From Camelus dromedarius (lineage: Eukaryota): a stretch of 64,000 nucleotides of DNA. The stretch is from positions 5,396,001 to 5,460,000 of the forward strand of contig NC_087438.1 in assembly GCF_036321535.1 (NCBI RefSeq), in the 5' to 3' direction. Under the pieces are notes generated by a model. It ran no database searches. It had not been told where the DNA came from and was given only the letters and a program-made list of their open reading frames with translations. Position numbers and translations under genes: made by a program. This document shows, piece after piece, positions 1-12,889 of this stretch; the stretch's first letter is position 1; each line of letters begins with the position of its first letter.

Positions 1-2898
1 TGGAGTCTTTACCTTAAACAAGCGTAGGAGACGCCCCACCCCGGCCCTTTCTGCAGAAGGAGAAACTGAGGCACAGCAATGCAGTAGCTTGCCCAAGATT
101 GTAGAGAGAACAGGCCGCTGCAGAGCAGGGCTGCAGACCCGCGCACTGCGGGCGCAGGTTCACCTCTGTCCGTCAGCAGCTCTCGGGCTGCTTCACCCCC
201 TCCTCTTCTTCATCAGCCCCCACCAGGCTGGCGTCTGCACCCACGAGTTTGTATCTACACCACTCACCCACTGCTGCTCCCAGCCCTGCCTTAACACGGC
301 ACTCCTTTCACAGGCGCCCTCATCACCCGCACCCACAAAACCTGGCTTCTCAGCTACCCTGGGGCTGCATCCTGACTCCTTCCCCGTCACCAGTGTTAGT
401 AAATGAGTGTTTGCCTTCATGGTAGGGCGGGAAGAGCATGACTTTCAAGTGAGACTGCGCATTCCTTACCATCAGAGCTGAGCTTTCTGCACTTCAGTGC
501 CCTTTATATACAATGGCGATCATACTCATTTCACAAGGCTGTTGGGAAGATGAAATCAGTATGCAGACCGCGCCGTGGCCAGAGCAGGTGACACAGATGC
601 CAATGGAAATAATAATACAGCTGTGGTCTGGACAGTTTCTATACTGACACCACTGCCTCCTCCAGCAGGGGAGATAAAAGGGTTTGGGGGCATAAATGAA
701 ACACGATACGTCCTCACATCCATGCAGGGAGTTTTCACTCCATAGGAGCTATTTTTATTTAGACCATTTCTTTAGAATCTTGGTAAGATCATCCTAGAAA
801 TATTTTGAAGTGCATTGAAGATCTTCTGCAAGTTTATTATGTTTGATTGGGGGGATAACATGCTTGATAAATATTAATATGAGTATTAGTTATTTTTATG
901 AGAAATGAACATCCCTTTTGCCTTTTGTAGCCTACCTGTTTCTCTAGTTATAAACAAAAAACTTTCTACATATTGTTTGTAAACCAAAATTTTCTATTTA
1001 TTGTTTAGCCAAATATTTAGTTTGACAACAAGATACGTTCAGTTTGTCAAATACATTGGGTTTTCAAGGATTCATGTATTTTTTCTTAAATACAAAAAAA
1101 GAGGCAAAGTTATCTAGATAAAAGCCTTTAGAAATTCAGCTTTTGTTCGTAGTCACCTCCGCATTTCCTGCTCGCAGGCGGAGCATAAACGCACAGGAGC
1201 TTGTAGGCACCTAGTCAGAGCGGGGCTTTAAGTCTGCCTTGTTGCTTCATTTGTGTTGTTTAAGTGAAACAGTACTTTCTCATTTTAAGCTTAAAGGCAA
1301 CGTGACTAAATGGTTGGTTGTGTTACGTGTAACAACTGATTGTGGTTTTTAAAAGAAGCAGGCATTTGTAAAAAATAAAATGTTCCGTCGAGAGGAGACT
1401 TGCATTCCAACCCCACTCTCCTAGTCCCGCGAGCTTGCACCAGAGAGGCAGATGTTCCACGATGACTGTCGGTGTCAGCAGAACCGGGGGCTTGCCCACC
1501 TTGGTGGCCCTTCATCTTCCCATCAGGACCTCATTCCTTTCCAAGCCCCACAGCAGCCCCCTGCTTGTTCCTGGCAATAGCCTTTAGACTTCAAGCCCTG
1601 ATAGCAAACTTGTGGTTTCAAGTATGTTTTTCTTGACTTATGTAGACTTTTTTTTTAAAGGACATCTCAATTAAAAAAAATTATCATTGCCTGCTTCTCC
1701 TGAAAATTGTTAGGTCCCCTAATGGTCATTCCTGGTGACAACAGTCATTGGCTGGAGCAGAGAAGCAGCTGCTCCATTTGGACTTGGCGCCTTCTCCAGT
1801 TTACCACACTCCACACCATTCCCTATTGCCCCGTTTCCTCGGCTGCACTCTGGAGCCTCACCGACTCACCCCCTGAAGGGACTTTGCCCACCCTATCGTA
1901 AAGGAAGTCCATCTTTCATGCCCAAATCAATGAATGGGGTTAACTCCGGTCTTAGCAATTACGTAAATTGGTTTTGATCTTCTAAAAACAAATTTTACTA
2001 AGACCTTAAATAAGTCAAAAGCAAAGTACAGAGATGAGAGCTTTCCTTTAAACCCATGCTTGATTGTATTTTTGCTGTGATAAGCCAAACCTCTAGCTTT
2101 TATTCAGTTTCAAACAGAGTGATGCCCATGGCCAGCAACACTTTGGAAGGAAATAACTTGTGGTGTCAGAATAATGGGGAAGGGAAGAGGCAGAGAAGCA
2201 AGAGGTAACAGGGAGCTTTTATTCCTATCCAGGTGTGAGTGCTGGTGCTTATTAAAAATTTGTAAGCATTTGGGTTATTGCTCTTTTTTATTATTTTATT
2301 TAAAACTTTATTTTAAATTCTCTATTTGGAAAAGGTTTCAAATGAGTTTCAAAGTTTATTTATTTATTATATGCAAACAAATTTGACAGCAGGCCAGGGG
2401 TGTGGGTGGAGGGTGGTTGCTGATTTGCAAGCACAACTTCCCACTCTGTCTCTTTCTTGCTGAGTTCGCCCCGTAGACGTACCACTGCGGCTAGCGCTAG
2501 CATTGCTCTGTTATTCTGCTCCCTCCATCTGGCAAATCAGATCCCAGGCTCCAAGTGAGCCACTCGTGAGATTCCTGAACTTGCTTGCTCAGTCTGTTAG
2601 CCAAACCAAGCTGACCGACAAAGCACTGAGCAATGAACTCTGCTCATCCACATGCACTGGGTCTGGTTTTCAGCTCCCTCTCTGCCTGAATTAGGACCTG
2701 CTTGGCTGTTGGAGATTTTGTTTAGCTAGTAGGTCATCCAGCAGACATTTTCTTTACCCGCTATGGCAAGTGCCAGCTCCTTGTTAGTGACAGCCCCTCT
2801 GGAACTGCCCTCCAGAGTTGACAGTCTGGGAAAAGTCATGTATGCAAACAGCAACTCCAACGCTGGGTGAGCATGGATGGTGTCTGGGAATGTTAGAG

Positions 2899-3223
2899 TG
2901 TCTCAGCTGGGCTGCTGTGAAAAAATGCCATAGACTGGGTCACAAACAAGAAACATTTATTTCTCATGGCTCTGAAGGCTGGGGAGGGCCCTCTTCCTGG
3001 GTTGCAGATGACCGTCTTCTCTGTGTCCTCATGCAGTGCAGATGGAGGGCAGAGAGGGGAGGTAGCTCTCTCCAGTCTCTTCTTATAAGGGCACTAATCC
3101 CATTCATGAGGGCTCCACCCACCTGACCTAATCACCTTCCAAAGGCCCCACCTCCTAATACCATCCCATTGGGAATTAGGCCCCCACATGTGAATTTTGG
3201 GGGAACTTAGACATTAGGACACT
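2899..3223 (-). mobile_element. MaLR LTR (MLT1A-like)
   Basis: catttatttctca ... ccattcatgagggctccaccc ... acctaatcacct ... aaaggccccacctcctaataccatc. Confidence 0.75.
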
Positions 3224-3749
3224 CCACCAAGTTGACCAGGGAGAAGTCACGAATCATTCTCTGCTCTTCTGCTGCCGGTTTCTTAGTAACTAAAGCGTGT
3301 GTTGAAACTCATAACCATAGTTCCCTTTACTGGAAAAAGTAGAAGATAGTTTTGGTCCCTGCTGAGATGAAAAGCAATATTCCAATGCTGCCTATTTTTG
3401 CACAAACACCAAAGCTGTCGTGGTGCCTGGGAAGCAGAGAGAAATGCCCTTCTGCTACTAACAGGGAACAAAAACTGAAAGAAGAACCATCACTCTTTGC
3501 TGTACAGACCGCAAAGCTAAAGGGTACTTAACACGCCAGACACTTAGGTCGTTGTCAAAGCCGTAAGTCTGTGCAGGGTGCTCCATGTGTGGAGGCAGGG
3601 GGTGGGGGGTGGTCCTAAACTGGGGCGTAAAGCAGTTCTTGCTGCCGTTTTCCTCTGTGATGCAAAGTGATGTGCGTCTCTAACCCGCCATGAAGGAAAC
3701 CAAGTAAGTCCTGGGCCCCATGGGTGCAGACTGAACACGTTGTCCACAT

Positions 3750-3910
3750 GAATTCATCTAATCTTAGCCACAACCCTACGAGACTGGTAGTTATTGCTTC
3801 AATTCACAGATGAGAAAACTGAGGCCCAGAGCAGTTAAGTGACTCAGCCAAGGCCACGCAGCTGATGATTGTAGAACCTGGAGCTGAACCCAACATTGTC
3901 TGACTTAAAA
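3750..3910 (-). mobile_element. MIR SINE
   Basis: Core acagatgagaaaactgaggcccagag ... ttaagtgact ... ccaaggccac.cagct. Confidence 0.7.
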
Positions 3911-4597
3911 GTGCTAGGAATTATTTAGTGAACTTCTTGGTTTTAGCAAGTAGTGATCAGAGAATAACCAATGATCCTAAGAAATTAAAGAAAGGGGTGA
4001 ATGAGAGAAGCATGGCTGAGGGAGATGGGCTTGGGAGCTGAGGAATCAGGATGGAGGGGGCTGTCTGAATCTCAGGTTTAGGGATTTGAAATTGATAACA
4101 CCATTAACAAAAGTACAGGAGTCAAGAATAAGAGCTGTTTATGGGAGATTCAAAGATCATATTAGTTTTAGACTTCCAAGTTTGAGTTTTCACTAAGACA
4201 TCCAAGTAGAATTACAGTCATCCACGTGGGTGGTGGCTAGTTCCAGAGCCATGAATGAGCAATTCTTGGTTATAGTTCTCCATCAACGGAATCTAAGGCT
4301 CATCATCCAACCCATCTGTCTCCATTTGAGTGACAAGACGATCAAGGAAAACTGCTTACCTATTTGTCTACATGTCTGTGCGTATTTTATTTAGATCTCT
4401 CCCTGAAGAAGCTTACAAAAATGAGCACAGCGCAAAAATACTTTTAAATTAATAGACTAAAGTGCAAGGAACCTGAAGGATAAGATAGAAACAAAAATGA
4501 GGTGATGCCATAAAATGCAAATCAAATAGCAGAGCCCCGACCGCAATCTAGCTGTGAACAGGGGAGGAGGCGAGATGGCAGAGGCTAACTGTCTAAC

Positions 4598-4796
4598 ATA
4601 AGTGTAGCCACCCCAGCTTTCTTTTCACTTCCATTTGCACTGAACACCTTTTTCCATGCCCTCACTTTCAGTCTGAATGTGTCTTTAGATTTGAAGTGAG
4701 TCTCTTGTAGGCAGCATATATATGGATTTGTTTTTAATCTTATCAGTTGCTCTGTGTCTTTTGACTGGAGTATTTAGTCCATTTACATTTAAAGTA
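4598..4796 (-). mobile_element. LINE-1 fragment (start of ORF2, endonuclease region)
   Basis: ccatttgca ... ctcactttcagtctg ... tgagtctcttgtaggcagcatata ... tttagtccatttacatttaaagt, typical antisense L1 sequence. Confidence 0.75.
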
Positions 4797-6642
4797 AGTG
4801 AAGACTGAGGACCCTGCAGTCAGACTGCCGGGCAGCAAAGCCTGGTTGCACCACTTACACAAGGTATTACCCTCTGTGTGTTTCCCACTCCCATCTGCGT
4901 AATGAGGATAAAGACACACACGCCTTCATGGGCGTCACTGTGAGGATTAAGTACATGCATACACACACTGTTCCTATTAATTGTTCTGAAATTTCCAGCA
5001 GCCAACACAAGTGCAATGTTTTTGTGTTCATAAGGTGCGATCAGATCACTCATTCCTTAGTATGTTTGGAAACCAGGTGAAGTCAAGTTGAAGTCAGATG
5101 CTCCACTGGGCACCTGACCCATGCTCTAGCAAATAGGCCCTCGAGACCATAGGGACGGGTCTGTAGTGAGCAGTGTGCTGGGTGACTTCCTCACGGAAGA
5201 TGGTTTAGCACATTGAATGGGGAGGGATATTTGCTGGAATGTCCCGTAATGCATATTTTAGTCAAATACATTCTCTGGTAGAGTGAGATCAGGTGGAGAA
5301 CACTGTGTCCAGCTTATTCCAAGTTGACTGTAGAGCAATCCATGGATGACCCAGGAATCAGGCCATTTTTCATAAACATTACTTCATGCCTCTGAGTTTT
5401 GGTAAACACCGGGAAGCTGTGCATTCCAGTCCTGTTCTCCAAAAGGTGCCTGAAACGCGGGTGTTCTGAGCGCCGAGGGGAGAGCTGATCTTCACGGTGA
5501 CAGTCAGCTCACCGGATCGGGCTGACTTCCTTCAGAGGGCTGTGAGGTCCGAGCCATTCTCCCGGGAGCCCCAGGCAGAAGAACCGAGTGCTCCGTAGAC
5601 AGCGGTTCTAAACCTTCAGAATCAGACAAACACCAACATAGTAGGTCCTCCGTGAACGTTTGCTGGATGGAGTGGGGGCAGAGAGGGAGGAGAGGAGAGG
5701 CCAGGAGAGGGGCCTGTGGGCACTTCCCCTCAGTTGTTACCAGTCACTTGGGTTATAAAATAACCTCAGTAAACATGCATTGACTTTAAAAAGCTGTGTT
5801 CCTTGCATGTTGAGCTTCCAAAACAAACAGCTTGTAAAATGTGTTCCAGGAAACTGAATTAGTGGTCTCACTGTGTAGCTGGAAGTCAGTTAAATATTTG
5901 GAAACGGGAGAAATTATTTGGATCACGGGAGAAAAAGCTGATTCTGATACTGTCACCAAACATCTCTCAAAAGCTCAGTTATGAAGCCTTTTTGAGCTGA
6001 ATTTGAACTGGGCTCTTCTGGAGACTGAGCAAGACTGTCCCTAGGTTTCCTAAGCCCAAGTGAGTCACTGACGCTGGATTTAAACCCCGTTCCCAGAGCT
6101 CAGCCTCTCACGTACCACTGAGGTCACGTGACACCTGCCAGTTAAGCCTGCCGCGTGGGAACAGGTTGGGCAGCCGTTTATCAGGGAGTGAAGTTTGCTC
6201 ACTGCACCTTGGTTCCATATAAAAAGCAAACCGTTTCTCCCGCGGCCCATCTGCCCTCCTCGCAGGGACAGTTGTCATTCTTACCGCCTGTTGATTTAAC
6301 AGTTCGTGCTTCCCATTAAGGTGCGATGTATTCTAACCAGCTGCATAAACCTCCAAACGTGTCTCTCCCCTAAGCCGTGAGGTGGGAAATATTAGCAAGC
6401 TCTGATGGAAAGCATAACTCTTCTAAGAAGTGACTCCTTGCCCGCCCACCGAAGGCGGCCGACCGTCTGCTTCGCACTTAGAATTGTCTAAATGCTGTGG
6501 TTCTTCTCCCATGACATTTAAGTTGTGGGTTTACGGCGACAGCAGTATTTGGTTTGTCTTTTTTCTAGAATGACGCGTTTCACCTGAGGGTAGGAGGGGC
6601 TGTCTGAGTTTCTCTTCCCGTTCATACGTACGCTGTTCAGTG

Positions 6643-6850
6643 CAGTGGTGCTCGGCGGGGAGCGGCTTCGTCCCCCAGGGGACATAGGGCCGTGTCCGGA
6701 GACAGTTCGGTTGTCGCACTGGAAGGGGAGGTGCTACTCGGCACCAGTGGGTGGCGGCCAGGGATGCTGCCCCACATCCTGTGGTGCACAGGACCCCCCC
6801 CAGAGGAATAGCCCCCCGAACGTCTGCAGTGCCCAGGCTGAGAGACCTTG
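6643..6850 (+). mobile_element. MER20 (hAT-Charlie) DNA transposon relic
   Basis: cagtgg ... cccccaggggaca ... ggagaca ... ggccagggatgctgc ... cacaggac ... gtgcccaggctgaga. Confidence 0.75.
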
Positions 6851-7737
6851 CCTTAGCGCTGCCGCTCCTCTCGGGCGTCACTGAAATGTTGTGTGGCTCC
6901 ATGGGATAACCCTCCTGTGGCGGCCCTCATTCTCTCAGCAGTCACCTTGGTTTCTCCATCTCCTGTCATCCTTCTCACTCTGCTCCTGAAGCCCTCACAG
7001 GTGGTGTTTCTCTTCACCCTCCACAGAGAAGGCCCCCGCCCCCGCCCGCGCCCGCGGTCACCAGGCGCCGCCTCTTCAGCGTCCCCGAGAGCTTTCTCCA
7101 GCTCTGATTCAGCAACCCCGGGGCCCGATGAGCGTAGACACTCGGCCCAGAAGCCACGGCGCGAGACGCACAGCGTGTGTTCTATCCTCTCAAGTCCTCC
7201 CAGCGTCCTTTGCTGACACCCCGACCCCGCCCTGTGGAGAGCCTCCCCCAGGCCACCCCTCTCACACTCTGTTCCCTTTTCCTCCCTCGGGGCCCCCACC
7301 CACTGCAGTGGAATGGCTCCTCCGGGGCACCTGCTCCCCACGTGCGTGCGCCTCGCTCGGCTTTGACCTCCCCCCACAGCTGACGGTGCCCTCCCTGTTC
7401 CTCCTTCAGGACATGTGAATTCATACATTTTATAGATTATGCACACATACTGAGAAATAACCTATTTTTTAAAATACAACTAAAACTAGAAATCTCAAAA
7501 GGATGAACTTCAGACTAAGTACAGAAATCACAGGTGTGCCAAGTGAGTGGTAAATGCGAGTCAGCAACAGGAGTAATAAATACAAATTAACAGTAAACAG
7601 AAATAGAAATTTTGGGCTTATCTTCGTTGGAAACCGTGGGCTTTCCTTCTCCTTCAGCTCTGTGTGTGTGATAACGCTCTGTTCCTCAAGGGGCGATACG
7701 CCACCCAGGAGCCAGTAAAGGCAGGGAATTGCCCCCG

Positions 7738-8114
7738 TGTTCATTTGCTCAGGCGCCCTAACAAAGTAACACAGGGTGAGCGGCTTAAATGACACACATT
7801 TATCCTCTCCCAGCTCTGGGGACCGGAGGTCGGAGATCGGCGTGTGGGCAGAGCTGGTTTCTTCTGAGGCGTCTCTCCTGAGCCTGGAGATGGCCACCTT
7901 CTCCCGTGTCTTCACACGGTCCCCTCTGCATGTGTCTCTGTCCTAATGTCCTCTTCTTCTAAGGACACCAGTCACCCAGGATTCGTCGGACTGATGATCT
8001 AATTTAATCTTAATTCCCTCTTCAAAGACCCTGTCTTCAAGTACAGTCATATTCTGAGGTCCTGGGGGTGAGGGCTTCAATATATGAATTTGGGAGGGGG
8101 CACAATTCAGCCAC
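7738..8114 (-). mobile_element. MaLR LTR (MLT1B/C-like)
   Basis: taaggacaccagtca ... aaagaccctgtct ... catattctgaggt ... atgaatttggg ... cacaattcagcc. Confidence 0.75.
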
Positions 8115-8504
8115 ATCCCCTCCCCAAAGAAGCCAGAGGAAGGACTGGTGTTCCCAGAGCCAGGGAGCGCTGTCGCGGGTGAGGAGTGAGTCCCGGCCCT
8201 CTCTCCCCTCAGCCCTCACACTGGTCAGTCCAACAGGAACCCAGAGGGCCGCCTCCCCAAGGCGGGGCCCAGCGCAGCGGGCGCAGGGCAGGCAGCCAGC
8301 CCCTCCTCAGGGTGTCAACGGTGTGGGCCCTACTCGGCGTCTTCACGCTCCACGTCTCCCCAGGGCCAGCGAGATGCATCCAGGCTCCAGGCCGCCTGGA
8401 GGCTTCATTCTCACACAGCCTCCGACGGGAGCCTGTCTGGGACGGGAGGGGGCGCCCCCCGGCCTGCTGAGTCCTAACCCCGTGGGCTGTCTGCTTTCTT
8501 GCAG

Positions 8505-8619
8505 GAGCCGGAGAGGCAGTACGTGCACATCGGCACCATGGTGGAGTTCGCCTTTGCCCTGGTGGCCAAACTGGACGCCATCAACAAGCACTCCTTCAAC
8601 GACTTCAAGTTGCGAGTGG
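8505..8619 (+). CDS. ADCY2: Adenylate cyclase 2, third-to-last coding exon (C2a catalytic domain)
   Basis: Acceptor ctgctttcttgcag|GAG and donor GTG G|gtatgt. 115 nt encoding EPERQYVHIGTMVEFAFALVAKLDAINKHSFNDFKLRV(G), recognisable as ADCY2. Phase 1 joins the next exon. Confidence 0.96.
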
Positions 8620-9033
8620 GTATGTCTTGCGGGTCTGGGGGCCGCTGTCGGGAAGGAACAAATTCACGGGAACGCTGATGATCTTTGCGGTGTGGGAGCT
8701 GCACAGGCACAGATGTGTCATTACAGCGGCAGGACTGGAGGGCGGTGCAAGGGCCCAGGGCAGCTAGGAGCCCCGGAAGCACTTCTGTGCAAATTAGAAA
8801 AGAAATACCCCCTTTGGTTGCATCAGGCCGTGAGCATTTGGTTTCACAAGTGGCCCATGAGCTGCGTTTCAGTCCCTCCAACCAGGGTCCCTTCTGCAAG
8901 TCATGGGGGCCACAGCCTTCAGCCATCCCCAGGGGCTGAGGAAGCCACTGACTGTAAACTGCTCCACCGTTTATGAAACTAGAACCTGCTATGAGCTGCA
9001 GGATGCATCCAGACTTCAGAGATGTAAAAATGC

Positions 9034-9150
9034 AAAGAAGAAAGGAGGGAGGGAAAGAAAAGAGAAGGAAGGAAGGAAGGGGAGAGAAGAAGGAAGGAAG
9101 GAAGAAGAGAGAGAGAAAGAAAGGAAAGAAAGAAAAGAAAAAGAAAAGGA

Positions 9151-9198
<48 letters not shown>

Positions 9199-9241
9199 GG
9201 AAAGGAAAAAAAGGAAAGGAAGGAAGGAAGGAAGGAAGGAA
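9034..9241 (+). repeat. 208-nt pure-purine compound microsatellite (GAAA)n/(GGAA)n
   Basis: No pyrimidine between 9034 and 9241. Confidence 0.95.
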
Positions 9242-9407
9242 CAGATGCACCTTAGAAACTGTTGGGACAGTCACCCTGGGGTCACAGCCTACAAGAACAC
9301 CAACTGTGTTCTAAAGTCTTAACATACCTAGAGGTTTTCACATTGAATATTCAAATTTGAGAGAAAAAGCCAACTTTCTTCCAAAAAAAAAAAAAAATTC
9401 AAACAGT

Positions 9408-9550
9408 GGGAGAGTATAGCTCAGTGGTAGAGCACGTGCTTAGCATGCACGAGGTCCTGGGTTCAATCCCCAGTCTTTCCATTTAAATAAATAAATAAAT
9501 ACCTCCCCCCCAAAATTAAATGAATAAAAAATAAATGAAGATGGTTTTTA
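9408..9550 (+). mobile_element. tRNA-derived SINE (camelid Vic-1-like)
   Basis: Head GGGAGAGTATAGCTCAGTGGTAGAG (A box), GGTTCAATCCC (B box), then (TAAA)n/CCTCCCC A-rich tail. Confidence 0.85.
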
Positions 9551-9656
9551 ATTCAAATAAGTTCTTCCTTTACTTTAAGTTGATTCTTGACCATGTTTCA
9601 TGCCTCGACTTTTACAAATGTCTATCCAAAAACACAGTGTGTTTTAAACCCTCAGG

Positions 9657-11217
9657 TCTGCCTCTGACATCCCAAATAATGTATTCCAGCTGCTGGCCAG
9701 TGACCACAGCCCCTGCTGCCCTAGGCTTTTCCTCTGGCTGCTCACAGGAAGTGACATTTGCACGGTCACTTACAGGCACTCGTGATTTGTAAGAGCTTCT
9801 TTGACCATTTTATGCTGTTCTTGGCCACATATTTTGCTCCTTCTGAAAGCAAGTCCACATAAGAGTAGTTCTGTTAACAAATTCGATCTGAATGGCTTTT
9901 CACTTCTCTTGCATACAGATCTCAACTTTCAAAAAATCCCAATATGTAGAGCTGTGTTCTTCCTTAGCTGTGCGTATGTTCTGAATTTTTTTAAAACCCA
10001 GAAACAGCTTACATCTCTTGAGCGAGTGGGATTCTCTTCACTGCACGTATGTCCTATTGATTGTCAGCCTCTGAACACACTTTTACTTATGCCTCCTCAC
10101 CTGTGTGCACAGCGGACCTTTCCCCGGGCTGCACGGCGTACAAAGGTGGGAAGGGCCAGGCGGGCAGGACACCGCCCCGTTAGCCTGCTGTCCCCGTCAG
10201 GCACGGAGGTGTCCTTTCCACCCTGGAGCTTCTTATTTTAACAACTTGGAAAATGGGCTCCTTAAACTTTCATAGTACCCTCCTTAAATTAAAAAAAAAA
10301 ATCTATTGCATGGCAGAATCACCCCGCTCTTGTCACATATGTGTGGACCAAGATAACATTGGCCTTCATGGCAAGGGAGGGGGAACAGGACAATTCTTTG
10401 CTCGTCACATGTGTCTCATCAGAAGCACAGTGTTTGAGGGGAGGGTATAGCTCAAGCAGTAGAGTGCCTGCTTAGCAAGCATGAGGTCCCAAGTTCAGTC
10501 CCCAGTACCTCCTCTTAAATAAATAAGTGAATTTTAAAAAACCTAATTACCTTCCCCCACTCCCCCTCAAAAAAGACGCAAAAAAGATATAACAATTTAA
10601 AAAAAAATTTTTTTAAAAAGGAGTGTAGTGTTCTTGGCCTGGACCATAACAATATTTTCCAAAGTAACATGAGGAATTCAGTGAACTTCCTTCAGTTTTT
10701 GTTTGTTTTTTTTTTTAACTGGGTGCTAACTTTACACTGATTATTGTGTAACTGTTAATATCTACCACTCACCCCACAAACCAGCTCTGTTAGATTTCTG
10801 AGGAATCCTGAGTTCAGGGTCCCCGTGGGCTTTGAGCCTGCCTTTCCCCAAACCCTCAGCCTCTCCCGGGGGCAGCATCCCTGCTCCACCTCCGTGCACA
10901 GCGCCATCCAGTGTCAGTCCGTAGCAGGAACTGAGAAGAGTAACAGGGCAAATAGCTAGAGCCGAATTCACTCCTAATGTCCTTTTCTGCGTGTCAAGAT
11001 GCAGACTCAGTCAGTTAGGGGGAACCACAAATCAAGCACACTCCTGCACTTAAGTAGAGATCACTGCTTGCCAGCAATATCGTCCCAGGCTCTCTCCCCC
11101 AGTCCCAAGCCGCTGACCGAGCGGGACTCAGAGCAGCCACCGGGAAAGCCTAGGGCAGCAGGGGCCGCGGTCACTGGCCAGCAGCTGGAATACATTATTC
11201 TGGATGTCAGAAGCAGA
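9657..11217. repeat. Inverted repeat pair, 87-bp arms at 9657-9743 and 11131-11217
   Basis: Hand alignment gives 79/87 identity with no gaps between arm 1 and the reverse complement of arm 2. Confidence 0.92.
10438..10618 (+). mobile_element. tRNA-derived SINE (same family)
   Basis: GGGGAGGGTATAGCTCAAGCAGTAGAG ... AACCTAATTACC, A-rich tail. Confidence 0.85.
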
Positions 11218-11587
11218 GATGGCAGATGTATTGAGTGCGCCACAAAAGCAAAGGTGAACCGCTTTCTCCCGCCCTGGGTACCTTCAGGGATTTTGTGGAA
11301 CAGTGTTGGGACTATGTCTCCTGCCTCCCTTTCCATCACAAAGAGGAAGCTTTGCCTCCTATCTGTAACAGTGGGGAGTGATGCTAACAGATTGTACCCC
11401 AGGGCTGCTGGGAGAATTAGAAGTAAAGCCCCTGGAAGAATGCGTGGCAAGTAGACAGGGCAGCACTGGTGCCAACAGGGCCAATTCCAGCGAAATGTTG
11501 GAGAGAGTCCAGAAGTCCAGCCGTGGCAGGATGGCCAATAAATGTAGAGAGTGTACTCGGTGTAGCCGTTTACATTAACACCTGGGA

Positions 11588-11730
11588 GGGGAGGGGAGAG
11601 CTCAGTGGTGCTCACGCGCTCAGCATGCAGGAGGTCCTGGGTTCAGTCCCCAGTACCTCCATTAAAAAAATTAAAATAAATACGTAAATAAACCTAATTA
11701 CCTCCCCTCAAAAGATTAAATTAAATTAAA
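11588..11730 (+). mobile_element. tRNA-derived SINE (same family)
   Basis: AGCTCAGTGG ... GGTCCTGGGTTCAGTCCCCAGTACCTCC ... AACCTAATTACCTCCCC. Confidence 0.85.
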
Positions 11731-12123
11731 ATATGTGCATTTCAATATCAATTAACTGCAATATTGGAGAAGAATACAATGATCATCTCTTGCCTGAGAT
11801 TATGTGGCAACATAGAAAAAAATGTATTATAATGTTCATTTTTAAAGTATACCAATTTTATGCTCTTATGGAATAATGATAAATAGTCATAGAAGCATGA
11901 ATCAAGGTGGAAAAGGGAAAAAAGACATATTTTCATGTTTTTGAGATGATGATAAAGTTAGAGGAATTATTCTTCCTTGTTTCAGAGTTCCGCGAGCTGA
12001 GCTAACGTGTGCTTGGTAATAATGGTTCAGGAATGGTCTCATAAAACTATCCTGTTTGAGATAGTTGCTCAAACTGTCAAATTCATGATCTGCACTTGTC
12101 CACCTGGCTCTGCTGTGTCACAG

Positions 12124-12248
12124 GTATTAACCATGGACCTGTAATAGCTGGTGTCATTGGCGCTCAGAAGCCGCAATATGACATCTGGGGCAACACCGTA
12201 AACGTGGCCAGCAGGATGGACAGCACCGGCGTCCTGGACAAAATACAG
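12124..12248 (+). CDS. ADCY2: Adenylate cyclase 2, penultimate coding exon
   Basis: cacag|GT ATT AAC ... ATA CAG|gtaatt. Encodes (G)[41 protein letters not shown], the class III cyclase signature ([14 protein letters not shown]). Confidence 0.97.
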
Positions 12249-12852
12249 GTAATTCCGTCCGCTCGGTCATCATCAGCCATGTCTGTGCTCTTCGGAACCA
12301 GGAGTAAGTATCCAGTGAGGATAACGATTTATTATAACAAAGGAAAGAAAGTAGACCTTGAAATTGACTTTAACGTTGTATTGGGGAAAATATTAATTAG
12401 TTTCCGCATTAACTGTTAACAAGAAACATTGTGTAATAGTATGAAGGTTATTGCATTTGTGACAGTAAATGGTCACGTGACTTGCGAGGCAGCCTGCGGG
12501 GAGGTGTGGTGCTGAAGCCCTTCTGTCCTCTTCCTTCTCCCAGCCCCAGCCCCTTGGTGTAACCAGAGCCAGGCGTGACCTGCCTTCCTCTCTCCCGGGG
12601 TGGGGGCTGGAGCAGGAGGGTGAGTAGAGGGACCAGCCGGGGGAGGGAGAGACAAAATGGAGTGATGTGAATGGTGCAACTAGATCGGACTAGCACAGGG
12701 TTTGGATATCCAGAAAGCTCTGGAATCCACCCAAGGGAGAGAAAGCCAAGATCTGACAAATTAAATCAGCAGTGACGGCATACACCTGCTTGGGGGCACG
12801 GTGCCAGTCACCTAGGACAAGACCCTCACTCTCCAAATGAGAAGGATGTATT

Positions 12853-12889
12853 TGTGCGTGTGTGTGTGTGTGTATGTGTGTGTGTGTGT
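12853..12889 (+). repeat. Imperfect (TG)n microsatellite
   Basis: tgtgcgtgtgtgtgtgtgtgtatgtgtgtgtgtgtgt. Confidence 0.9.

Noticed and set aside
8068..8976. 302-aa ORF overlapping an ADCY2 exon
   Set aside because: Non-ATG start inside an MLT1 relic, GC-rich low-information peptide, out of frame with the true exon.
8474..9322. Lys/Glu/Arg-rich and Phe/Leu/Ser-rich ORFs (266, 139 and 113 aa)
   Set aside because: Translations of the stop-free purine microsatellite.
9408..9480. tRNA-like sequences (also at 10438, 11588, 36840, 38050, 51186)
   Set aside because: They have A/B boxes but are diverged, share a common tail and some have TSDs: SINE copies, not tRNA genes.
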